Positions 10,405 through 20,990 are shown, numbered from the stretch's first letter. The stretch is 64,000 bases of DNA from an uncultured Bacillota bacterium (GCA_947053645.1 CAMRTM010000003.1:16232-80231); one strand, 5' to 3'. The notes: generated by a model from the letters alone, not told the origin. Numbers and translations are program-made.

Positions 10405-10500
10405 AAGAATGCCATAAGGCATTTTTTTATTGTTTTCATAAAATATATTTTGTAATTTGGAAACGAATGTGTATAATTTCTATGGACAAAAGGAGAAATT

Positions 10501-11373
10501 ATGAAAACAGCAATAGTAACAGACAGTAATTCAGGCATAACTCAGGCCGAGGCAAAAAAGTTTGGTGCATTTGTAATTCCAATGCCATTTATTATAGGGG
10601 AGGATGAGTTTTTTGAAGATATAAATCTCACACAGGAAGAGTTTTATCAAAAACTCTTGACAGGGGAAGATATATCCACCTCTCAGCCAGCAATAGGGCA
10701 GGTTACAGAGTTTTGGGATAAATTATTAAAGGAGTATGATGAGATTGTTCACATTCCGATGTCAAGTGGGTTAAGTGAGTCTTGCAATACCGCTCTTCGT
10801 CTTGCTGAGGATTATAGTGGCAAAGTACAAGTGGTAGATAATCACAGAATTTCGGTTACCCAAAAGCAGGCGACTATTGATGCTGTTAATATGGCTAAGG
10901 ATGGATTCAGTGCTAAAGAGATAAAATCATATCTAGAGCGTACAGCAAAAGATTCCAGTATTTACATTATGGTTGACACATTAAAGTACTTAAAAAAAGG
11001 TGGAAGATTAACTCCAGCGGTGGCGGCGATAGGTACCCTTCTTAAAATAAAACCAGTACTTCAAATTCAAGGCGGAAAACTTGATACCTATGCCAAGGTC
11101 ATGAGCAGTCAAGTGGGTAAGGTAAAAATGATTGAAGCAATGAAAAAAGACTTGGCGGAAAGATTTAAAGAATTTGCCGCAAATGAAGAAATGAAAATTT
11201 TTGTTGCATACACTAATTGTTTGGAAAGGGCAGAATTATTCAAACAAGAAATTGCAAAAGCAATACCAAATGTAGAAGTTGCTTTCGTTGACCCATTGTC
11301 TTTAAGCGTTGCGTGTCATATTGGCAGTGGAGCATTGGCGGTTGCTTGTGCAAGAAAATATGTAAAAAAATAG
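10501..11373 (+). CDS. DegV family fatty-acid-binding protein
   Basis: MKTAIVTDSNSG.. start, ..TSQP.., ..LKYLKKGGRL.. motifs characteristic of DegV. Confidence 0.85.
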   Translation: MKTAIVTDSNSGITQAEAKKFGAFVIPMPFIIGEDEFFEDINLTQEEFYQKLLTGEDISTSQPAIGQVTEFWDKLLKEYDEIVHIPMSSGLSESCNTALRLAEDYSGKVQVVDNHRISVTQKQATIDAVNMAKDGFSAKEIKSYLERTAKDSSIYIMVDTLKYLKKGGRLTPAVAAIGTLLKIKPVLQIQGGKLDTYAKVMSSQVGKVKMIEAMKKDLAERFKEFAANEEMKIFVAYTNCLERAELFKQEIAKAIPNVEVAFVDPLSLSVACHIGSGALAVACARKYVKK

Positions 11374-11605
11374 AAAATTTTAAAAAATCGCTATAAGCAC
11401 TAAAAATAAAGGAAAGTAGACTAATTTTAAGGCCTACTTTTTTTGAAGAATAAATGTATAAAAAATCGCCTCTTTCCCTTTAAAATAAAGGGATTTAGCA
11501 GATATAAACAAGTGTTTAAATTTTTTTTGATTTATTTAAAAATCGTTTTGCGATTTGATTTTTATTATGTATAATCGGTTTTGTAAATTGCTTAAGGAGA
11601 ACAAA

Positions 11606-12379
11606 ATGAAAAAGATTGTGATTATCACTGGTGCAAACAGTGGCATTGGACTTGCTACTGCGAAAAGATTTATTTCCAAAGGTTATACCGTGTATGGAAT
11701 TTCAAAAGGAGAATATGAGGGTAACGACTTTGTAAACTATAATGCTGATGTAAATGATGATGCAAGGATGCAAGAAATAATTCAAGAAGTTTTTGAAAAA
11801 GAAGGTAAGATTAATGTCTTTGTAAACAACGCAGGTTTTGGTTTAGGTGGTGAACTTGTAGAAACAAAGGCGGAAGATATTCAGAGGCTATTTTCTACAA
11901 ATCTTACGGCTGTGGCGGTAAATACTGCACTAGTTGGAAAGATTATGAAGAGTCAGCGTCACGGCAAGATTATAAATACATGTTCTCTTTCAGCGCTCTT
12001 TCCACTTCCTTATCAGAGTGCATACAGTGCAAGCAAAGCAGGCATTGAAGTGCTTTCAAGGACAACACGAGGGGAACTTAAACCTTATGGCGTATATGTC
12101 AGCACAGTACTTCCAGGGGATGTAAAAACAGGCTTCACTGATGCGAGGGTGAAGGGAAAGATTGATGACAAGAAAGTGGATAAATCCATGCAAAAATTTG
12201 AAAAGTATGAGCGTCAAGGCATGAGTCCTGATAAGGTAGCAAAAAAGATTGTTTCACTTGCTGGAAAGAAAAGACCTGCGCCAAGAGTGAGTGTAGGCTC
12301 TTTAAAACTGCTAATCATTTTACAAAAGACATTGCCTATAAGATTTCTTGATTGGTTAATTAGAAAAATCTATTGTTAG
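11606..12379 (+). CDS. Short-chain dehydrogenase/reductase (SDR)
   Basis: TGANSGIG cofactor motif, NNAG, catalytic YSASK. Start moved to the ATG at 11606, which has AAGGAG upstream. Confidence 0.85.
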   Translation: MKKIVIITGANSGIGLATAKRFISKGYTVYGISKGEYEGNDFVNYNADVNDDARMQEIIQEVFEKEGKINVFVNNAGFGLGGELVETKAEDIQRLFSTNLTAVAVNTALVGKIMKSQRHGKIINTCSLSALFPLPYQSAYSASKAGIEVLSRTTRGELKPYGVYVSTVLPGDVKTGFTDARVKGKIDDKKVDKSMQKFEKYERQGMSPDKVAKKIVSLAGKKRPAPRVSVGSLKLLIILQKTLPIRFLDWLIRKIYC

Positions 12380-12394
12380 AGGAGATATGAAGAA

Positions 12395-13576
12395 ATGGAT
12401 ATATTTAAAAAAATGCAAACAAGACAACTTTTTGATGAGGTAAAGGATGCGGGTGTCTACCCATATTTTCACGAACTTACATCTGGACAGGACACTGTAG
12501 TTGAAATGGAGGGGCATGAAACAATCATGATAGGTTCAAACAACTATCTAGGACTTACCTCTCATCCAGAAGTAATTGAAGCGGGAGTTAAGGCGATTGA
12601 AAATTATGGATCAGGCTGCTCAGGCTCACGCTTTTTAAACGGTACACTTGATATGCATGTCGAACTTGAAAGAGAACTTGCCAAATTTTTACATAAAGAG
12701 GCAGTGGTTACTTTCAGTACAGGCTTTCAATCCAATCTTGGCATAATTAGTGCTGTTGTAGGACGAAATGACTATATCGTTTGCGATAAAGAAAATCATG
12801 CAAGTATATATGATGCGGCAAGACTTAGTTTTGGGAAAATGGTAAGATTTGAACATGCTGACATGGCGGACCTAGAAAGAAAACTGAAAGAAATTCCACA
12901 GGACAAGGGTATTTTAATCGTCACTGATGGCGTATTCAGTATGGGCGGAGATATATGTAAACTTCCTGAAATTGTAACTCTGGCAAAGAAGTACGGTGCA
13001 AGAGTAATGGTCGATGATGCCCATGGGCTTGGTGTACTTGGCAAGCATGGAAGAGGTACCGCTGAGCATTTTGGTCTTGAAGACGAGGTTGATATCATAA
13101 TGGGAACCTTTTCAAAATCTCTTGCTTCTTTAGGTGGGTTTATGGCTGCCTCTCAGAGAGTGGTAGAATATGTAAAACACACATCAAGACCATATATTTT
13201 TAGTGCAAGTATAACGCCAGCATGCGTGGCAAGTGCGCTCACTGCACTTAAGATTCTTGAAAGGGAGCCAGAAAGGGTACAAGCACTTCGCGATATCAGT
13301 AATTATATGAGAGAGGGATTAAAAAGACTTGGTGTTCAAATTATAGATAGTGAAACACCTATCATTCCAATTTACACCTATGATGACTATAAAGCCTTTA
13401 TTGCTTGTAAAATGCTGCTCGAACGCGGAGTGTATGTCAATCCAGTAGTTACTCCAGCAACTCCTCAAGGGAAGGCGCTATTAAGAACAAGTTACACAGC
13501 CACCCATACCAAAGAGCAGATGGACAAAGCGATGAAAGCGATACATGATGTTCTATGTGAGTTAGAAATAATATAA
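12395..13576 (+). CDS. PLP-dependent alpha-oxoamine synthase, serine palmitoyltransferase-like
   Basis: GSNNYLGL, GSGCSGSRFLNGTLDMHVELE, DGVFSMGGD, DDAHGLG and the PLP lysine motif GTFSKSLASLGGF. From memory it sits closer to Bacteroidetes/Sphingomonas SPT-type sequences than to Kbl/BioF. Starts 15 nt after the SDR gene. Confidence 0.7.
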   Translation: MDIFKKMQTRQLFDEVKDAGVYPYFHELTSGQDTVVEMEGHETIMIGSNNYLGLTSHPEVIEAGVKAIENYGSGCSGSRFLNGTLDMHVELERELAKFLHKEAVVTFSTGFQSNLGIISAVVGRNDYIVCDKENHASIYDAARLSFGKMVRFEHADMADLERKLKEIPQDKGILIVTDGVFSMGGDICKLPEIVTLAKKYGARVMVDDAHGLGVLGKHGRGTAEHFGLEDEVDIIMGTFSKSLASLGGFMAASQRVVEYVKHTSRPYIFSASITPACVASALTALKILEREPERVQALRDISNYMREGLKRLGVQIIDSETPIIPIYTYDDYKAFIACKMLLERGVYVNPVVTPATPQGKALLRTSYTATHTKEQMDKAMKAIHDVLCELEII

Positions 13577-13652
13577 ATCTCCACTAGGAGATTTTATTTT
13601 GAAGTAGTGACAAAACTCTGCTACAATATATATCATAAATATTAGAGGACTT

Positions 13653-15587
13653 ATGAACAAATTTTGGAAATACTTTTTTGGTACATTCAAACAGGGCAAG
13701 TTTTTGCTTGCCACTTTTCTGACAAATGCCGGACTTATGTGTGTAGTCACCGTGCTTGCAAACTTATTAGATACACCTCAACTTACCTACTTGAATGCTT
13801 TTTTAGCGATTAACTATTTTGGCACCATGATTTCCTTTGGAGTATCGCAGTCGACAAATATATTTGTAAATCAAAGTATATCTTCTAAGTACAAAGTAAG
13901 GCAGTACACAAGCGCAGGTTTTTATATCGCAATTGCGGCATTAAGTATTTTTGAATGTATTCTTATTGCTTTCCCAGAGTTTATAATGGAGACCCTTGGC
14001 GACTTTGTTCCAAATGATTACACTTTTTATTACATTATGTGTGGTTATCTATTTTTAACAGGTATATCAAACTATATGCAAGATATGTTGCAGGCACTTC
14101 AAAAGTACAAGATAGAGTTCTTTTGTGAGATAATGCCAATTATAGTCACAATTATTGGCTTTATGGTGCTGTATTTTGCAGGTTTTTATTATTTGAATTA
14201 CATTGCTATAGTATATATCATAAGCGGAATAGTTAGTGTTGCAATAGCCGCTACTGCACTATTTAAAGATAAAAAATTTAAAATTAATCTTTTTAATAAA
14301 CTTACAATAAGATTCACGAGACACCAATGGATGATAATGCTAACAAATTTTTTTACAGAGGTAATATGGCAGGTAGGGTATTTTGCCACAAGCATGTTTC
14401 TCCTAAGGTTAAATGACGGAATATTCAATACCTATTCATATCTTGAAAATGTACTCGATATATTCAATGGTTTCCTCTTTGCCTACATTGGCATTACCTG
14501 CATAAGAATTACAAGATGTCTAGGCAGAGAACAATTTGAAAAGGCTAAACAGCATGCAAAGTATTCCATTATTGGCACGGTTATTATTTGGGCAGCCTAT
14601 TTTGTTGTAAGTTTGGTGCTAATTTACCCTCTTGCAATAGGTGCAAATAATGAGTATTTTTCACTTATGTTTTATGCCATACCTTGTTATGCGTTTATTC
14701 ATCTTGCAAGATTTCTTGCATGGAATTTCTCTTCCTATATGCTTAGGCTAGGTGGAAAATGCAAAGGGCTTTTGGTACTTGAAATTATAAACGTCGTGTA
14801 CCTCTTTGTGATGTGTGCAATTGTAAAATATCTTCCAGTAGATGTTTTCTTTGCATATTTCATTATCTTAGTGCCAGAACTCATCAAACTTGTAGTTTGC
14901 TTTATAATTTATAAGCGTGGCAAGTGGATTGCTAATATTAATGAAGATAACAATAGTTTAAAGAGTAAGGTAAAATGTGTAATATTTGCGTTTTACGATA
15001 CTATTTATTATGGTATAAATTGGTCTTTTTGGTATAGAATGGTTGGCGAGTGGTTTGATACACATTTTAAAGACATGTCTTTTGAAGAAAAGAAAAATTT
15101 GCTAAAAAAATATGGAGTGAGATATAGAAAACAAAATTTCAAATTGTCAGACAATGTGCTATGCAAAGTGTTAATTGAAATAGAGGGCAGTGCAAAACCA
15201 TGGCTTGAATATCGTGATCAATTAGAAATGCACACAGAGGAAAAGAAAGGTAAAGCAATCTCAAAAAAAGAACTTAAGCGTTTTGCAAAACTAGGAAAAC
15301 TTTACATTGTTTCAAACTCACATTTGTCAAATATAAAGCAAATCGCAGAATTTTACAACATAGATTTATCTTTATTTGAAAAAATTTATGTGAATGATTA
15401 CGAAACTAAAAATACAAGTAAAGATAAATATTTTAAAGAGATTATGGAAGAAAATAATCTTAAACCAGAGAATGTGTTAGTAATAGGCGATAGCAAACAG
15501 CAGGACATTTTGCCGGCTAAAAGATTAAAAATGCAATATTATAGATGTAAAAACGGGTTTAAGTATCTTGATGTAATTGAAAAATAA
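13653..15587 (+). CDS. Polytopic membrane protein (MATE/MOP flippase-like) fused to a C-terminal HAD-like domain
   Basis: About 430 aa with roughly 12 hydrophobic segments, then HAD motifs LYIVSNSH and VLVIGDSKQQD. Motif I reads VIFAFYDT instead of DxDxT. Confidence 0.6.
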   Translation: MNKFWKYFFGTFKQGKFLLATFLTNAGLMCVVTVLANLLDTPQLTYLNAFLAINYFGTMISFGVSQSTNIFVNQSISSKYKVRQYTSAGFYIAIAALSIFECILIAFPEFIMETLGDFVPNDYTFYYIMCGYLFLTGISNYMQDMLQALQKYKIEFFCEIMPIIVTIIGFMVLYFAGFYYLNYIAIVYIISGIVSVAIAATALFKDKKFKINLFNKLTIRFTRHQWMIMLTNFFTEVIWQVGYFATSMFLLRLNDGIFNTYSYLENVLDIFNGFLFAYIGITCIRITRCLGREQFEKAKQHAKYSIIGTVIIWAAYFVVSLVLIYPLAIGANNEYFSLMFYAIPCYAFIHLARFLAWNFSSYMLRLGGKCKGLLVLEIINVVYLFVMCAIVKYLPVDVFFAYFIILVPELIKLVVCFIIYKRGKWIANINEDNNSLKSKVKCVIFAFYDTIYYGINWSFWYRMVGEWFDTHFKDMSFEEKKNLLKKYGVRYRKQNFKLSDNVLCKVLIEIEGSAKPWLEYRDQLEMHTEEKKGKAISKKELKRFAKLGKLYIVSNSHLSNIKQIAEFYNIDLSLFEKIYVNDYETKNTSKDKYFKEIMEENNLKPENVLVIGDSKQQDILPAKRLKMQYYRCKNGFKYLDVIEK

Positions 15588-15612
15588 ATGCACCCATATT
15601 CGGGTGCATTTT
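15588..15612. terminator. Bidirectional hairpin terminator
   Basis: atgcaccc-atattc-gggtgcat flanked by A and T runs, between convergent genes. Confidence 0.7.
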
Positions 15613-16723
15613 AAAATGTTAAAATGTTTTTCTTACCAAAGCGATGTAAAGTTTTTGTGTATCTTGCTTTAGCCTTTACAGAAGAAATGGCTGTTTTCTT
15701 CTGCCAGCCGAAAGGCAGAAATTTAAATTTTCTTTTTCTAAATAATTTCTTTTTAGTGAAGTTAAATTTAGATTTGCGTATGCAGCGTACCTTATATTTT
15801 AGGGTTGGATTCGCATTTCTAATTTTATCCTTTCGTACAGAGGCTTCTCTTAGGAAGAAACTCTCTCCAAGTGTCTCTCGCACTGTGGTTGAGTAAACAA
15901 AACTATTTGGATCCGCTTGTTTAATGATGCTTTTCATTGCAGGCGCCTGCTCATTAGTAACAAGACATACAAGCAACTTCTTTTCTTTATGTGAAAACAT
16001 TCCTTCAGCGGGAAGTTTTGTCACCCCTCGATTAAATGTTTCAAGGATTTTCTCTGCCACCTCTTCATCCTTGTCGCAGATGATATAGAATGCTCGTACA
16101 GCTTTCGAGCCGTCAAGAACGATATCCACCATTTTTCCAGATATAAAAATTGCAATTATGGTGTATAGTCCGCTTGTTATATCGCCGCTTAATAGAATAC
16201 TGCTCACTACAACTATTGCATTAATTACCATAAGGCATTGACCGGTTTTAATTTTTGGGAATGTTTTAGTAACAAGTGCTGCCACTATATCACTTCCCCC
16301 GGTCGAGCCACCAACCCTAAATACAATTCCCGACCCAAGCCCAAGAAGGGATGCCCCAATGACGGCTGCGAGTACAATATCGTTTTGAATTATTAGAGCG
16401 TCGATGACAACAAATTCACTTGCAACAGTAAAGATACCCATACCTATTAAAGTGAGAAGTCCAAACCTCCAGCCAAAAGATTTTAGAGCAATAAGAAATA
16501 AAACAAAACTTATACTAAAATATAAGATTGAAGGAGAGATGATGATATCTGCTCTAGCAAGTAGACTGGTGATAACAGTACATAGCCCCATAAATCCGCT
16601 AGGAGTTACATTGTTTGGTGTATAAAAACAGTTATAGGCGATACCCATAAAAAAACATCCAAGAATGATACCTAAAACTTGAATAGCGAATTGCCAATAT
16701 TTATTATGTAATATGTTTTTCAT
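15611..16723 (-). CDS. YitT family membrane protein (DUF2179) with a basic C-terminal tail
   Basis: GGSTGGSDIVA motif and five TM segments typical of YitT. The last ~85 aa are very K/R-rich. Confidence 0.7.
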   Translation of the reverse strand: MKNILHNKYWQFAIQVLGIILGCFFMGIAYNCFYTPNNVTPSGFMGLCTVITSLLARADIIISPSILYFSISFVLFLIALKSFGWRFGLLTLIGMGIFTVASEFVVIDALIIQNDIVLAAVIGASLLGLGSGIVFRVGGSTGGSDIVAALVTKTFPKIKTGQCLMVINAIVVVSSILLSGDITSGLYTIIAIFISGKMVDIVLDGSKAVRAFYIICDKDEEVAEKILETFNRGVTKLPAEGMFSHKEKKLLVCLVTNEQAPAMKSIIKQADPNSFVYSTTVRETLGESFFLREASVRKDKIRNANPTLKYKVRCIRKSKFNFTKKKLFRKRKFKFLPFGWQKKTAISSVKAKARYTKTLHRFGKKNILTF

Positions 16724-16842
16724 ATACCTTCCTCAAGTCAAATATACTCGAATTGAAAATAAAACACAAATATTTTATCGTTATTTAGGAATTATTGTTA
16801 ATTTTTTTTGCAACAATAAATAAAAAGGCGTATATTAAAAAT

Positions 16843-17718
16843 ATGAAGTGTGCTTTTATATACAACCCAAACAGTGGGAAGGTAAAACAAGAAAAGTATA
16901 AAGATTATATTGTAAACAAACTGCTATCCAAATATGAAGTGGTCGATGTCTTTCCTTCCCAAAAACCAAGGCATGCGACCTTACTTGCTAAAGAGGCGTG
17001 CGGCAGATATGACACTCTTGTAGTGATGGGCGGGGATGGAACACTTAGCGAAGTTATAAATGGTATTGCAGAGGAAGAAAATAAACCGGTAATAGGGTAC
17101 ATACCCCATGGCACTGTCAATGATGTTGGGCACAGCCTAAAACTTCCTAGAAATGTAAAAAAATGTATAGATGTAATTCTTAAAGGCAAAACTCTCAGCC
17201 ATGATATTTTTAAGGCAAACGATAAATATGGAATATATGTATGTTGTGCAGGACTGTTTACTGAAACAAGTTATTCTACTCGTCAGAAAGATAAGAAGAG
17301 AATAGGAAAACTTGCCTACTTTTTTCATGGTTGTAAAAAACTATTAAAAACAAATAGCGTAGACTTAAAGATAAGTTTTGACGGCGGGGAGATTGAAGGT
17401 AGATTTGCCTTTGTACTTGTTTTAAATTCCCGTTCGGTGGCAGGATTTAAAATAAACGGCAAAGCAAAACTAAATGACGGAAAAATGGATATCCTGCTTG
17501 TAAAAGACAAGGGCAAAAAGGTATCAATGAAGGGTATTTTTAAAGTCTTTTCGCTTTTTGTGTGCGGATTGCAAAGACAGGGAATTAGGTTAAGATTAGA
17601 TAGATTTACAGTGGAAACAAGGGATGACGAAGTGATAAATATAGATGGAGAAAATGCTTTTACTGGCGGTTTTGATTTTCAAGTTTTAAAAAATGGAATA
17701 GAAATAATCGTACCTTAG
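16843..17718 (+). CDS. Diacylglycerol/lipid kinase family protein (YegS/DagK-like)
   Basis: NPNSGK.., VVMGGDGTLSEVINGI, GTVNDV motifs. ATG at 16843 preferred over the upstream TTG. Confidence 0.8.
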   Translation: MKCAFIYNPNSGKVKQEKYKDYIVNKLLSKYEVVDVFPSQKPRHATLLAKEACGRYDTLVVMGGDGTLSEVINGIAEEENKPVIGYIPHGTVNDVGHSLKLPRNVKKCIDVILKGKTLSHDIFKANDKYGIYVCCAGLFTETSYSTRQKDKKRIGKLAYFFHGCKKLLKTNSVDLKISFDGGEIEGRFAFVLVLNSRSVAGFKINGKAKLNDGKMDILLVKDKGKKVSMKGIFKVFSLFVCGLQRQGIRLRLDRFTVETRDDEVINIDGENAFTGGFDFQVLKNGIEIIVP

Positions 17719-17765
17719 TGTATAAATAATTCTTCTTTTAGAAAGAATACTAAAAGGAGGAATTT

Positions 17766-19013
17766 ATGAACTATAATCCATTTTTGGAAAAGCCAAAGAA
17801 ACTCGAAAGTCTAATTATGAGTTGGAAAGACCTTGCACCTAAATCATATAATAAAGATGAAGTAGACCCATATACAAGGGTGCGATGTATATTAATGAAT
17901 GGTACTGAATACGAAGCAGTATGGTCAAAGCACCATTTCAATAGACATTGTGACAATAATGATGTAAGACGAAGTGTCGCTCTTATTAGAGATATGGAAC
18001 AGCAACAGCAAAAACTTATTTCTGGGCTGAAACCACTTGATGAAAACCTGCTTGAAACCACGATTGGTTATGAACAACTTGCGGTAGACCTGACTGCAAT
18101 TTTGGCAGCGAGGGCAAAAGATAAACATGTGAAGGATGCACTTGACTTTGCACTTCTTGAAGACTTTGACCACCTTTATAGATATGCCAATTTGCTTGAA
18201 ACTGATATGGGGGCTCATGCCGAAAAGTATGTTGGCGATTATACTGAAATTATGCCGGCAAGACCGACTATCTCTCATCATCGTCACCCTTATGATAATA
18301 TCAAAGAGGCGATTTGCAATAAGACGGCAGACCCAATTACAAAACTTGATGTATCTATAATTACGGCGGCGGAACAGCAAACCATGAATTACTATATGAA
18401 CCTAGGACAGTTCTATAAAAACAAAATGGGGCGGGAACTGTATACTGAAATTGCTATGGTTGAAGAAGAGCATGTTTCGCAGTATGGCAGTTTGATAGAC
18501 CCAAATTGCTCCATGTGTGAAGAAATGCTTATGCACGAATACATCGAAAGTTATCTATATTTTTCAATGCTTAATGACGAAACCGACCCTTATATAAAAA
18601 AGATATGGGAAAAACTATTTGAACAGGAACTTGCCCATCTTCATGAAGCACTTAAAATGTTAAGAAAGTTTGAAAAAAAAGACTGGAGTGATGTCATACC
18701 AAATGGAGTATACCCAGACCTTATCAGTTTTCATTCAAATAAAGATTATATTAGGGGAATTTTAGGAAAGACAGTAACCCTGACTGGTGACCGTGAAAAA
18801 TATATTAAAGTTAATAAACTGCCAGATAAAGCCAACTTCTTTAAATATCAAAATAAGGTAAATGCAAAGCCAGAAGAGGAGGCAGGACATCAAGTTATCA
18901 CCCAGCATATTGAAAGATTTGGACAGGACTACCGCGTAGAAGATAAAGACAATCCAGTCAAGGAACTGCGTAATCGTAAGAAAGACAATTTCACACTCGG
19001 AAGAACAAAATAA
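17766..19013 (+). CDS. Ferritin-like diiron-carboxylate domain protein
   Basis: Repeated ExxH-type motifs (LLEDFDH, MVEEEHVSQY, EQELAHLHE) spaced as in four-helix-bundle diiron proteins. Confidence 0.45.
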   Translation: MNYNPFLEKPKKLESLIMSWKDLAPKSYNKDEVDPYTRVRCILMNGTEYEAVWSKHHFNRHCDNNDVRRSVALIRDMEQQQQKLISGLKPLDENLLETTIGYEQLAVDLTAILAARAKDKHVKDALDFALLEDFDHLYRYANLLETDMGAHAEKYVGDYTEIMPARPTISHHRHPYDNIKEAICNKTADPITKLDVSIITAAEQQTMNYYMNLGQFYKNKMGRELYTEIAMVEEEHVSQYGSLIDPNCSMCEEMLMHEYIESYLYFSMLNDETDPYIKKIWEKLFEQELAHLHEALKMLRKFEKKDWSDVIPNGVYPDLISFHSNKDYIRGILGKTVTLTGDREKYIKVNKLPDKANFFKYQNKVNAKPEEEAGHQVITQHIERFGQDYRVEDKDNPVKELRNRKKDNFTLGRTK

Positions 19014-19046
19014 AAAAAGAGGACTAAGTCCCTTTTTTTTTATTTG

Positions 19047-20963
19047 TTATCTGCCGTGGCAACCACCGCCGCCACCGCCACCGCCAGAAGAACCACCATG
19101 TCCACCGCCGCCAGTCGAGCGTCCTCCAGAAGAGGATCGTCCAGAGGCACGACTCATAGAGTGGCCAAGCGCGAATCCAATATAAGAGTAAGATACGCTG
19201 CTATCAAGATATTCAGGTTTTTCCACATTAAGATTTTTAAATCGCTTTTCCATTTTTTTAGTTATGCCAAACACATAGCAGTATGGAAGGATTTTGTAAA
19301 AGTATTCAGGGTCTTCTTCAAGTTGCATTTCAAGTTTGGATAACTCTGCTTTCACAAGGAAGTTTTTAAAACCCTTGATTTGTCCTCGTATCACTCTTTC
19401 CTCTTTCGGATAGAATTTAACAATTCGCCCAAACATTGTGCCAATCACAAGAATAAGGGCGGCGACTAAACCTAGGCTATAGATATCGTAGCTATAAGAG
19501 TAGGTGGTAACCAACAGCCAAAGAGGGACACCTCCAAAGCCAGCACACCAAATTATCTTAAACCACAATGGAATAGGGGTATAAACGAAGACATTAATAG
19601 CAATAAGTGGAAAAAGTAATAAAAATAAGAGAACAAATTCAAAGCCACCAATTGTACCCTGCCAAACAATGTAAAATACAAGAGGAAGGATTGCGATAAG
19701 TGAGATTAACAATCTAAAAATGTTACGCTTTTTCTTTACTACATCGTTTTCTTTATAGAGTTTATCTGTTGCATCTCTTAACTTAGCATTCACTTTTCGC
19801 TTAGCCACTTTTGTGTCAAATACATTACTTGAAGCAAATAGTGCATCAAAGTAGGCTTTTTCTTTCTGCTTTGAAGAAAAAGGTATCGAAGCATTGAAGG
19901 AAGGGAAGTCTTGCAGTTTTGTTAAAATAATGTGATACTTACTTTTAAATTCGAGTTTAATAAGTCCTTTTCCCGCCCATTCAATGACGAGCGACGCGAA
20001 ATCTTTAGGTAGTACATTCCCACGGTAAATTCTTCCCACATCTATCGGATTAAGTCCCTCCGGTGGATAGAATTCTACTGTTTCCACTTCGTTCTTGTGA
20101 ATCCTGCTTCCAAAAGATAAAATTAGAATTAAAAAGACAGTTGTAATGCAAACTACAAGTAAAGCCCAATAGGAAGAGTTTGGAGTGAAAGAAGTGTCAA
20201 AGTATTTTTGTGGCAATATTAGTTGCATAGTCACGCAAGTAGTTTTGCTTACATTATCTCTACTAAATGAAAGGGTATTTGTTTCGCTGTCATAATTTGT
20301 GTGAAAGGATCTTAAGTCTAAGTTAGGTCGATTCAAATGCGTTCTTAAAGTTAAAACTTCGGCAAGGTCTTTACCGTTTAAAATATCTTTGCCTTCAGGG
20401 AAGGTAACCGAGCAGTTAAAAAGCGCGATATCAAAACCAAAATCCTCGTCCTTGATATCAAAAGTGAAATCGTCAAATTCTGAAATCATATCTTCGCCAA
20501 AGTCTAAGGAGTAGATAAGTTCATACTCATGCCTACCTACTTTATAATCGCCGTCACGACCCACATTTATATAATAGAAGCCAGAGCCTTCTTCCACAAA
20601 CTTGTATTCGTTATGCCCGTCCATGGCAAGAGAAAGAAGTTTAAACTTTGAAAGAGTTTTAGTGCGATATTCTTTCCCGTCAACTTTGCGTGTTATTTCG
20701 TTTGCCTTAGATACACTTCTTACGAAGCCAACATTGATATAGTTTTCTTTATAGTTAAAAACAAGTTTTTCAGTAATAAGACAAACCTTATTTTCGTTTA
20801 TTACAATATCTTTTGAAAACTCTAAACATTCAATATTTGTATCTCTATAATCCTCAGCACTTGTAGGGGAAGGGGTTGAAAAATCTATAAAACAAAGCGG
20901 TGCCAATAAAATTAGCACTACTACAGTTATTAAACCTAAAATTTTTTTGTTAACTTTTTTCAT
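19047..20963 (-). CDS. DUF2207-like membrane protein with glycine-rich C-terminal tail
   Basis: Signal anchor MKKVNKKILGLITVVVLILL, large extracytoplasmic domain, central and C-terminal TM clusters. Tail is ..GGGGHGGSSGGGGGGGGCHGR. Confidence 0.6.
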   Translation of the reverse strand: MKKVNKKILGLITVVVLILLAPLCFIDFSTPSPTSAEDYRDTNIECLEFSKDIVINENKVCLITEKLVFNYKENYINVGFVRSVSKANEITRKVDGKEYRTKTLSKFKLLSLAMDGHNEYKFVEEGSGFYYINVGRDGDYKVGRHEYELIYSLDFGEDMISEFDDFTFDIKDEDFGFDIALFNCSVTFPEGKDILNGKDLAEVLTLRTHLNRPNLDLRSFHTNYDSETNTLSFSRDNVSKTTCVTMQLILPQKYFDTSFTPNSSYWALLVVCITTVFLILILSFGSRIHKNEVETVEFYPPEGLNPIDVGRIYRGNVLPKDFASLVIEWAGKGLIKLEFKSKYHIILTKLQDFPSFNASIPFSSKQKEKAYFDALFASSNVFDTKVAKRKVNAKLRDATDKLYKENDVVKKKRNIFRLLISLIAILPLVFYIVWQGTIGGFEFVLLFLLLFPLIAINVFVYTPIPLWFKIIWCAGFGGVPLWLLVTTYSYSYDIYSLGLVAALILVIGTMFGRIVKFYPKEERVIRGQIKGFKNFLVKAELSKLEMQLEEDPEYFYKILPYCYVFGITKKMEKRFKNLNVEKPEYLDSSVSYSYIGFALGHSMSRASGRSSSGGRSTGGGGHGGSSGGGGGGGGCHGR

Positions 20964-20990
20964 ATAAAAATATATTATCACTTTTTTAGT

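Noticed and set aside
11374-11605. 232-nt leader upstream of the SDR/SPT-like operon as a possible riboswitch
   Set aside because: I could only find a small hairpin (CCCTTTA..TAAAGGG), a terminator-like stem after degV and an extended -10 promoter (TGTATAAT). No conserved riboswitch core is recognisable by eye.
15611-15870. Very basic ~85-aa C-terminal extension of the YitT-like protein as a separate feature
   Set aside because: It is in frame and contiguous with the YitT domain. Nothing in the sequence alone distinguishes a true tail from a read-through extension, and there are no further signals.
19044-19343. 99-aa plus-strand ORF (MLSAVATTAATATARR..)
   Set aside because: It is the antisense or shifted reading of the GC-rich glycine tract at the 3' end of the DUF2207-like gene. 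It has low-complexity Ala/Thr/Arg composition and no RBS.
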